Positions 19,385 to 26,103 of a stretch of 64,000 bases of DNA are shown here, one piece after another. Below the pieces are notes generated by a model. The model worked only from the letters and a program-made list of their open reading frames with translations, ran no database searches and was not told the origin of the DNA. Source of the stretch: Candidatus Cybelea sp. (GTDB lineage: Bacteria; Vulcanimicrobiota; Vulcanimicrobiia; Vulcanimicrobiales; Vulcanimicrobiaceae). Where the stretch lies: positions 8,864-72,863 of the forward strand of contig JBAUMX010000101.1 in assembly GCA_049578945.1 (NCBI GenBank). The letters are read 5' to 3'. Each line of letters starts with the position of its first letter. Position 1 is the stretch's first letter. A program made the translations under genes and the position numbers.

Positions 19385-19496
19385 GCGACTGCCGGAAACT
19401 TGTGCGGGTGGTTGTGTCTTGTTGCGCTTTCGATGCGGCGTCATGATTACGTTGCGATGAGGCAACCGCCTTACCGCGCTGCAAAGGAGCATTTGT
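19385..19496 (+). promoter_or_regulatory. conserved promoter/leader module, copy 3 (upstream of GloVer-repeat lipoprotein; divergent to regulator 2)
   Basis: Core AACTTGTGCGGGTGGTTGTG at 19397..19416. TTGTTG at 19419..19424 and TCATGATT at 19441..19448. Hairpin GTTGC-GATGAG-GCAAC. SD context TGCAAAGGAGCATTTGTATG. Confidence 0.6.
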
Positions 19497-20837
19497 ATGA
19501 AGAGAATCTCACGCGTCTGTTGCGCTCTCAGCGTTTGCGCGACCGCTGCGGTCGTTACCGGTTGCGGCGGCGCGGCCCAGCTCCCAAGCCCTATGGCTCA
19601 GACGCCGTTCGGCAACACAAGCACGGTCGACCGAGTCGCTTCCTCAAGCGGCACCGCGAAGGATGCAGAGCGGACTCGTTATACGAAAACGATCCTCTAT
19701 AGCTTCCGGAGCGGAAACGACGGAATAGGCCCGTCCGGGCGTCTGCTCGACGAGGGCGGCACGTTCTACGGCGAGACCGCCGGTGGTGGAGGCTCGAGCG
19801 GGTGCTACAATCCGGGTCCCGGGTGCGGCACAATCTTCAAGTTGACGCCTTCCGGAAAAAAGTACGCGGAGACTATTCTCTATCGATTCGGGGGCCCGAA
19901 CGGAAACGACGGTCAGGTTCCGTCTGGCGGCGTTGTGTACAAAAGCGGTGCACTCTTTGGTACGACCAGTTTTGGCGGTAACTACAACCTCTACGCATGC
20001 TACAACATCGGTTGCGGAACGGTTTTTAAACTTCCGCTTTCTGGGAGCGGCTCCGAGCAGATACTCTTCGCTTTCTCCGGAACCAACGGCGCCCTTGTCT
20101 CGAGGGGCGTCATCGATAAGGGCGGCACGCTCTTCGGAACGACCAACTATGAAGGTGAGTACGGCTACGGAACGGTGTTCGACCTGACGCCATCCGGAGC
20201 AGGCTATACCGAGAACACGTTGCACGAATTCGCGGACGGAAACGACGGAGCGCTATCACCGGCCGGCGTCATCGACGTCGATGGATCGCTCTACGGCGTG
20301 ACCGGAGTGGGCGGAGCGCACAATTACGGCACGGTGTACAGACTGACGCCTTCCGCTAGCGGCTACACTGAGACTATTCTCTATAGCTTTACCGGGGGAA
20401 GCGACGGTAAGAATACGGGCGCAGGCGTCATCGATGTTAAGGGATCTCTGTATGGCACGACCGGCGGCGGCGGAGCGCACAATTTCGGGACCGTGTTCAA
20501 GCTGACGCCCTCCGGTAGCGGCTATGTTGAGAGCACACTTTACAGTTTCAAAGGAGGAAGGGACGCCGCAGGCACCTACTCGACCCTTACTGAACAGGGC
20601 GGCACGATCTACGGCACGAGCGAACACGGCGGACTTGTCAACTATGGGACGGTATTCAAGTTGACGCCTTCGGGCAGCGGCTACACCGAAAGCGTCATCT
20701 ACCGTTTCAAGGGCGGAACGGACGGCGCGGATCCATATTGGGGTGTGGTCGCCGACAAGAACGGTACGCTTTACAGCACAACGGCGACCGGCGGCCCGTT
20801 CGGCAACGGAACCGTCTTCGCGTTGACCCCGCACTAG
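19497..20837 (+). CDS. Gloeo_Verruco (GloVer) tandem-repeat lipoprotein
   Basis: Lipobox VVTGCGG. About 8 repeats of the type G(T/S)LYGTTxxGGxxxYGTVFKLTPSGSGYTExxLYSFxGGxDGxxP. Confidence 0.75.
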   Translation: MKRISRVCCALSVCATAAVVTGCGGAAQLPSPMAQTPFGNTSTVDRVASSSGTAKDAERTRYTKTILYSFRSGNDGIGPSGRLLDEGGTFYGETAGGGGSSGCYNPGPGCGTIFKLTPSGKKYAETILYRFGGPNGNDGQVPSGGVVYKSGALFGTTSFGGNYNLYACYNIGCGTVFKLPLSGSGSEQILFAFSGTNGALVSRGVIDKGGTLFGTTNYEGEYGYGTVFDLTPSGAGYTENTLHEFADGNDGALSPAGVIDVDGSLYGVTGVGGAHNYGTVYRLTPSASGYTETILYSFTGGSDGKNTGAGVIDVKGSLYGTTGGGGAHNFGTVFKLTPSGSGYVESTLYSFKGGRDAAGTYSTLTEQGGTIYGTSEHGGLVNYGTVFKLTPSGSGYTESVIYRFKGGTDGADPYWGVVADKNGTLYSTTATGGPFGNGTVFALTPH

Positions 20838-20889
20838 GAGCCCTGTTGTGTCCTAACCTCGCACTCTTGGCAGGCTCGAGCCGAGGTTC

Positions 20890-21018
20890 CAACCACCCGT
20901 ACAAAGCCGAGCGCCGGCCAAGTTGTGCGGGTGGTTGTGTCTTGTTGCGACCTCCGGACGCTGTCATGATTGAGTTGCGATGAGGCAACCGCCTTGCCGC
21001 GCTTGCGAAGGAGCTTTT
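20890..21018 (+). promoter_or_regulatory. conserved promoter/leader module, copy 4 (upstream of S53 peptidase 2), with upstream inverted partner
   Basis: Core AAGTTGTGCGGGTGGTTGTG at 20920..20939. TTGTTG at 20942..20947 and TCATGATT at 20964..20971. Same GTTGC-GATGAG-GCAAC hairpin as copy 3. SD context TGCGAAGGAGCTTTTATG. CAACCACCCGTACAA at 20890..20904 is the near-perfect reverse complement of the core. Confidence 0.6.
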
Positions 21019-22233
21019 ATGCTGCGAAGCTTTAAATTGTTCGCGACATTCGCTGCTGCACTCGGCATCGCGGGCTGCAATGCCGCCGGCTCCCCCAGTG
21101 TGCCGGGAGCGATTGGCCAATCTGCGTCGCCGACGCACTCGATCCCTCAATGGCAGGCACAGAACCTCGCGCGGCGCGCTTGTCCAGAAGCAGGTCCCGG
21201 CGACGCTCAATGCGAGGCTCTGATCATAAACAAGAGCCCTGAAAGCAGGGCGTCCGGCTGGGGTCCCCGCGATATTGAGGCCGCGTATGGCCTTCCATCG
21301 TCGAGCAAAGGCGCGGGGCAGATCGTCGCGATCATCGACTACAACGACAACCCCAACGTCGCCTCCGATCTCGCCGTGTACCGGCGCCATTACGGTCTGC
21401 CGAAGGCGAAATTCTACAAGTTCAACCAGGACGGGCAACAGGGCCACTATCCTAAGGGCCAGGTAGAAGACGGCGGTGAGATCGACCTCGACGTCGACAT
21501 GGTTTCGGCGGCTTGTCCGAACTGCACGATCTATCTGATCGAGTCCAACAACAACGGCATTCATTCACTTGAAAAAGCCGAAGCAGAGGCAGTAAAGCTG
21601 GGCGCGCACATTATCAGCAACAGCTTCATATGTTATCACTCGCAGGATTGTGGCGACCCCAACGTTTCAAGCTACTTCGACAGCCCGGGCGTAACGTATC
21701 TTGGCGCCGCGGGCGACATCGCTTATGGCGTGGGAGCGCCGAGCGCACTCGCAAGCGTCGTCTCGATCGGCGGCACCCTCCTCTCCAAGAGCGGCTCGAT
21801 CTATAGCGAGGTTGTCTGGCAAGATACCGGCGGCGGCTGCGCTACACAAATTACCAAGCCGTCGTGGCAGCACGATCCTGGCTGCTCCGGACGCACGGCC
21901 AACGACATCTCCGCCGTCGCTTGGGATGTCGCCACCTACGACACGTACGGCAGCGGCGGCTGGAATACCAACGGCGGCACAAGCAGCGCCACACCAATCA
22001 TTGCCGGCGCGTTTGCGCTTGCCGGCAACGCCGAAAAACAAAACGGCGACGAAATCCTCTGGACGTTAGCGGAAAAGAACCGTCAGCGGGATCTGCACGT
22101 CATTAGCAGCGGCAACGACGGTTGTCCTCACGACCTCAGGGGCAGCTATCTCTGCACTGCCGGAACCGATGAGTTTGGAACTTACTCAGGCCCAGCCGGC
22201 TGGGGAACTCCCAACGGAACCGGCGCCCTCTGA
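21019..22233 (+). CDS. S53 (sedolisin/kumamolisin-like) serine peptidase, lipoprotein (paralog 2)
   Basis: Start taken at ATG 21019 (MLRSFKLFATFAAALGIAGC). Long identical runs with paralog 1 (NPNV.SDLAVYRRHYGLPKAKFYK, MVSAACPNCTIYLIESNN). EIDLDVD, AAGDIAYG and NGGTSSATP are present. Confidence 0.8.
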   Translation: MLRSFKLFATFAAALGIAGCNAAGSPSVPGAIGQSASPTHSIPQWQAQNLARRACPEAGPGDAQCEALIINKSPESRASGWGPRDIEAAYGLPSSSKGAGQIVAIIDYNDNPNVASDLAVYRRHYGLPKAKFYKFNQDGQQGHYPKGQVEDGGEIDLDVDMVSAACPNCTIYLIESNNNGIHSLEKAEAEAVKLGAHIISNSFICYHSQDCGDPNVSSYFDSPGVTYLGAAGDIAYGVGAPSALASVVSIGGTLLSKSGSIYSEVVWQDTGGGCATQITKPSWQHDPGCSGRTANDISAVAWDVATYDTYGSGGWNTNGGTSSATPIIAGAFALAGNAEKQNGDEILWTLAEKNRQRDLHVISSGNDGCPHDLRGSYLCTAGTDEFGTYSGPAGWGTPNGTGAL

Positions 22234-22265
22234 ACCTCGCTACGAGTGAAAGGAAACTCGGCACC

Positions 22266-23489
22266 ATGCGCTTACCAATAGCTAGCGCCAATCGCGCATC
22301 GATCGTTCTCATGGCAGTGCTGCTCGCGAGCTGCTCCAACACATCGCCCGGCTCGCAGGCCCTGCCGCTCGGTTCGCCCGGTGCCGAGCCGTTAGCGCAT
22401 CGTCCCGGCGGCAGCGTCGACGTCGCCGTGCAGTACGCGTACGTGGCAAATTTTAGTTCCGGCAACGTCTCCGCTTTCGCGATTGCGGCCGACGGCGCGT
22501 TGACGCCGGTTGGGGGCTCGCCGTTTAAGGCGGACAAGGATTCCTATGGCCTGGCAATTGACCCTGTGGGCAGGTTCGTCTACGTTACGAACTTTGGCTC
22601 CAGCAACGTTTCTGCCTTTGCCGTCGACGCGGCTAGCGGCGCGCTGAAAAAGGTACGCGGATCCCCATTTGTGACTGGTGCGGGTCCCATCGGCCTTGCC
22701 GTCGACCCGACGGGCAAGTTCGCCTATATAAGCGACGGTAATTCCAACAACGTTTCTGCCTATGCGATTGACGCCAGCACTGGTGCGCTGACGCCGATTG
22801 CGGGATCGCCGTTTCGCGCGGGCCACAACCCCTATGGAGTGACGGTCGACGGCAAGGGCAAATTCGTTTACGTTCCCGGCGAACTGTCCAACTCGGTTGC
22901 GGCGTTCGCCATCGACGCGACGACCGGCGCGCTGACGCCAGTGAAGGGGTCGCCGTTTGCGGCGGGCATCGGACCGGAGAGCGTCACACTAGATCCCAGC
23001 GGAAAGTTCGCGTACGTCGCGAGCTGGGAGTCCCAAAATGTTTATGGCTTCGCGGTTGATGCAGCCAGCGGGGCGCTGAAGCCGTTAGCGGGATCGCCGT
23101 TTGCGGACCAGGCTTCCGGTCCTGCACAAATAGTGGTCACTCCTACGGGCAGATACGCCTATCTGACTAACTCTGCCGTGTGCGGCGGTTGCGGGGGCGG
23201 CCGCCACATTGGCGGGTATTCGATTGACTCGGCGCGAGGTACGTTGACCCCGCTGCCGGGATCACCGTTTAAGGACGTGGGCATTGGCCCCCTGGGTGAG
23301 GCCATCGATCCCAGAGGCAAGTTCGTCTACATCACAAACATCGATACGAACAACATTTCGGTCTACGCGGTCGCGAGCAGCGGCGCGCTCAAGAAGGTGA
23401 AGGGGTCGCCGTTTGCGGCCGGCACTACGCCAGCCGGCATCTCCGTGTGCCGGGTAACGGCCGGCAAATGCATCCCCGCGCCGTTATAG
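22266..23489 (+). CDS. lactonase-like 7-bladed beta-propeller lipoprotein (paralog 2)
   Basis: Lipobox LLASCSN. Same repeat type as 13743..14945. The C-terminal tail CRVTAGKCIPAPL matches CRVKAGKCIPPPL of paralog 1. Confidence 0.8.
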   Translation: MRLPIASANRASIVLMAVLLASCSNTSPGSQALPLGSPGAEPLAHRPGGSVDVAVQYAYVANFSSGNVSAFAIAADGALTPVGGSPFKADKDSYGLAIDPVGRFVYVTNFGSSNVSAFAVDAASGALKKVRGSPFVTGAGPIGLAVDPTGKFAYISDGNSNNVSAYAIDASTGALTPIAGSPFRAGHNPYGVTVDGKGKFVYVPGELSNSVAAFAIDATTGALTPVKGSPFAAGIGPESVTLDPSGKFAYVASWESQNVYGFAVDAASGALKPLAGSPFADQASGPAQIVVTPTGRYAYLTNSAVCGGCGGGRHIGGYSIDSARGTLTPLPGSPFKDVGIGPLGEAIDPRGKFVYITNIDTNNISVYAVASSGALKKVKGSPFAAGTTPAGISVCRVTAGKCIPAPL

Positions 23490-23508
23490 CTCGCACGGGA
23501 GCACTCGT

Positions 23509-24075
23509 ATGAAAACAATTGCGCAGACCCCTCACGCTCTAAGCGTTTGCGTTGCAGCCGCCATGCTCGCGAGTTGTGGCGGATCGACGTTTGGGTCGTT
23601 CCCAAATCCTGCTATGCAGATGTACGCCAGCAACGCGGGCACTTAGCCGCCGCCGAGCGACGCGAAGCCTTTCGGCCGAGTCCGCAACTCTTCCGGCACT
23701 GACAGCCTCACCGGAACGGAGAAACTAGGGCAGTGCCATTTCCATTACATCTTCCAGGGGAACATTGTTGTCGGCGAAGCATATCGTACGAATTTTCACG
23801 CTCACGGACACGCGACAGGGCCGGATAGTGGATCCTTTGTTGCCAACGGGCACTGGGGATTCAGCTACTATGAGGGTCTTGCTTTTGGGAAGTTTGTAGA
23901 ACGCTTCACCATAAAGTCAGGCGCATCGCCGGTGTCGGGAACGATTCGTGCAGGTGGGGTCGGCGGCGGCTCTTGCACGTCTTTCGGCCCCGAAATCGTG
24001 CCTTATGGGAGCGGGCAAGCGAACATTGAAACCATCCAGCAGGGCACTTTCAGCGAGACGCTCGACGGGCTGTAG
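23509..24075 (+). pseudogene. small lipoprotein gene interrupted by one in-frame TAG (codon 46)
   Basis: ATG 23509 (SD GGGAGC) gives MKTIAQTPHALSVCVAAAMLASCGGS... An in-frame TAG lies at 23644..23646. The same frame then stays open for 142 more codons to the TAG at 24073..24075. The C-terminal part (GHATGPDSGSFVANG...TFSETLDGL) is paralogous to the next gene (GKATGPYPGTFTASG...LSETLNGF). The downstream part is missing from the ORF track because it has no start codon. Confidence 0.65.
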
Positions 24076-24094
24076 GCAAAGGAGCATTTGTACG

Positions 24095-24601
24095 ATGGCA
24101 ATTTCAGCTAACCATTAAGCACGCAGTTGCGCTGCGGCCGCGCTGCTTGCGGGCTGTCGCGGCCCGGCGCAGTTCCCGGATCCGGCGGCGCAGCCGCCTA
24201 TCAACAACGCGCGCACCGCGGAGGTGCCGTCAAATTACTCAACCCGTGAGCGCGCAAGCTCCGATTCTTCCGGCAACGAAATTCTCAAGGGCAAGATCGA
24301 CACCCACTGCAAATATCATGCCGGATTGTTGACAACGTGTGAGTTTCACAAAAAAGGTTCCGGTAAGGCAACGGGGCCGTATCCGGGCACCTTTACCGCC
24401 AGCGGAAACTCTGAATACGATCCCTTGCAACGACCCTTCTACTTCTTCTATGAGTCTTTCGCGATAACTTCGGTATCGTCTACGATTACGGGATCCATAT
24501 CCTACGCATATTCCACTTACGAGTATACGAGTTCAGTTGGAAGTGGGACGGCGGAAGTTCACGTAGGCCACCACCTCAGCGAAACGCTGAACGGATTCTA
24601 G
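24095..24601 (+). pseudogene. paralogous small lipoprotein gene interrupted by one in-frame TAA (codon 8)
   Basis: ATG 24095 is preceded by GCAAAGGAGCATTTGTA, identical to the GloVer gene SD context. It reads MAISANH-TAA-ARSCAAAALLAGCRG (lipobox) and continues in frame into track ORF 24224..24601. No alternative start lies between the TAA and the lipobox Cys. Confidence 0.6.
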
Positions 24602-24631
24602 CTTGGATTAGCATAGGCAACCCGCTCTTGG

Positions 24632-25762
24632 CTACGGGCAAGCGTTGCGAATGTGGTTGATCGCGGCGACGCGCGTGCCGACGCCCGGGGTCGTGTAGAG
24701 GAAGAGCGTCGCGGTCAGCTCTGGGCAGACCTCGATCATTCGCTCGTCGGCGACCCGAACTAGGGTACGCACCGCTGCGGCCGGATCGCCAGTGGTTGAG
24801 ACCGCGTAGGCATCGGCGCTGAGATCGTACGAGCGCAACGCCGAGTTGCGCACCGGTACCGCTGCCAGATAGACGAGCGCGAGAAGCGCGCCGACGATCG
24901 TGAGACGCGAGAGCGGGTCGTCATCGCGACGGAACGGAATGCGATCTGCGATCACGACCGCGATCGCTGCAAAAACGATGATGATGCCGCCCTCAATCAG
25001 CGCGATCGAGAGCCGGTCGCCATGCGCGATGTGTCCGGCCAGATATGCGAGCCGGTACTTCATCTCGGGCGGCGTCAAACCCGTAAAGCTCTCGACGCGT
25101 AACTGCGTGCTGATGTACGACCAGGCCACGCTCGCTGCGAGAATTCCGGCGATGGCGTACAGGTACCACTGATGCGTTAGCGAGACGAGCCAGAGGATGA
25201 TCGCCACGATCAGCCCGGCAACGATCATCGCGACGACGGTGTGGAAGAGCCAATAGAGCGCCCAGACTCGCGTCAGTTCGTAGGTAAGGTCCAAAGTTCG
25301 GTCGACGCGATAGAGATAGAACGACGGAAGGATCGAAGCGAGGCGCGCGACCAGCCCGAGGGCCGCCCCAAAAAGAAAGCGCACGCTCCATTCGCTGCCG
25401 AGCCGGCGGCGAAGCGCGTCGCGCAGCCTAGCGGCCCCGCCGGAGCTCCAAAGATAGAAGAGCGCCACCACTTGGAAAAGCTGCGTTAGCACGAATCCGA
25501 AAACGGTCCAATGGGCACGTCGAATCGCGCCGGCCTGCCGCGCGGGATCGACGAGTGCCGTCGCCGGCTCGGTCAGCAGCGTCCGCGCCGACAAAGCGTC
25601 GACGCGCAGATCGAGCCCGTTCGGCCGCGCCGCCAACGCCGCCGCGCCGGTCGCGACGAACGCCAGCGTCAACGCTATTATATAAAGACGCACTTTATGA
25701 GCTCTTTGTCGGAGTTTCGCCGCTTGCCAATAGCTTTGGTTGGTATCGAGCGACAATCTCAC
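24632..25762 (-). CDS. polytopic membrane protein, M48 (Ste24/HtpX)-like but with degenerate metal-binding motifs
   Basis: 376 aa with multiple TM segments. The C-terminal region LRSYDLSADAYAVSTTGDPAAAVRTLVRVADE...LFLYTTPGVGTRVAAI is colinear with the M48 pattern SRxxExEADxxA..TGDP..L..AL.KL....P....Y.SHPP..ER. The expected HExxH site reads LAGHIAHGD. The start may instead be GTG 25693. Confidence 0.5.
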   Translation of the reverse strand: MRLSLDTNQSYWQAAKLRQRAHKVRLYIIALTLAFVATGAAALAARPNGLDLRVDALSARTLLTEPATALVDPARQAGAIRRAHWTVFGFVLTQLFQVVALFYLWSSGGAARLRDALRRRLGSEWSVRFLFGAALGLVARLASILPSFYLYRVDRTLDLTYELTRVWALYWLFHTVVAMIVAGLIVAIILWLVSLTHQWYLYAIAGILAASVAWSYISTQLRVESFTGLTPPEMKYRLAYLAGHIAHGDRLSIALIEGGIIIVFAAIAVVIADRIPFRRDDDPLSRLTIVGALLALVYLAAVPVRNSALRSYDLSADAYAVSTTGDPAAAVRTLVRVADERMIEVCPELTATLFLYTTPGVGTRVAAINHIRNACP

Positions 25763-25931
25763 CCGTAAACTGCTTCAAAAGGTCGGGCGACAGCGGCGCG
25801 TCAAAATCGTCGGCAACAAAACCTAGCCCCTCGTCATTGGCAAAAAAACGCTGTTCGATCGACGCTGGAAGATCTGCTTCGGGTTCGTCGGCGCCGTGCT
25901 TCACACCGCCAAGAATAGAACTCTTGACCAA
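25695..25931 (-). CDS. hypothetical small acidic protein
   Basis: 78-aa ORF. The segment GFVADDFDAPLSPDLLKQF resembles the DDFDAPLP tail of some antitoxin-like small proteins, but I see no partner gene. It overlaps the annotated start of the downstream membrane protein. Confidence 0.3.
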   Translation of the reverse strand: MVKSSILGGVKHGADEPEADLPASIEQRFFANDEGLGFVADDFDAPLSPDLLKQFTGEIVARYQPKLLASGETPTKSS

Positions 25932-25949
25932 GATGAGTCAAGGAAGCTA

Positions 25950-26099
25950 GTCACCCTTCGACTCCGCTCAGGGTGACACGCCCTTCGACGGGCTACTGGG
26001 ATTTTTAGGGTGGCGCCCTTCGACAAGCTCAGGGTGACAAAGATCAAGGTCGACCGGGACTGTTAGGGGTGACACGCCCTCGACAGGCCCAGTGTGACA
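25950..26099. repeat. cluster of 4 degenerate GC-rich palindromic (REP-like) units
   Basis: The units are GTCACCCTTCGACTCCGCTCAGGGTGAC (25950..25977), CGCCCTTCGACGGGCTACTGGG, GGCGCCCTTCGACAAGCTCAGGGTGAC (~26012..26038) and GGGGTGACACGCCCTCGACAGGCCCAGTGTGAC (26067..26099). Unit 1 is a GTCACCCT/AGGGTGAC hairpin. Spurious translations read PFDKLRVT / PELVEG / PSKG. Confidence 0.7.
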
Positions 26100-26103
26100 T
26101 GGA

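Noticed and set aside
19392-19424. ECF-sigma-type promoter reading of the core (GGAAAC-N16-GTCTTG in copy 3)
   Set aside because: The GGAAC-like -35 is present only in copy 3; the other copies read CAAGTT. No ECF sigma/anti-sigma pair is encoded nearby. It cannot be excluded without TSS data.
19443-19460. Mini-uORF in the leaders: ATG ATT ACG TTG CGA TGA (MITLR) in copy 3, MIELR in copy 4 (20966..20983), MMV in copy 2 (15138..15149), and a 22-codon version in copy 1 (12454..12522)
   Set aside because: No SD precedes the ATG, and length and sequence are not conserved across copies. The ATGAT block is more simply explained as the -10 element. It is kept only as a fallback hypothesis.
9807-24601. 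Calling the lipoprotein/regulator region a mobile genomic island
   Set aside because: I see no integrase, transposase, flanking tRNA or flanking direct repeats, and no obvious compositional break by eye. It looks like in-situ segmental duplication.
25950-26099. Possible CRISPR array
   Set aside because: The units are degenerate and internally palindromic, with spacers of only 0-30 nt and no regular period. There are no cas genes. A REP-like repeat cluster fits better.
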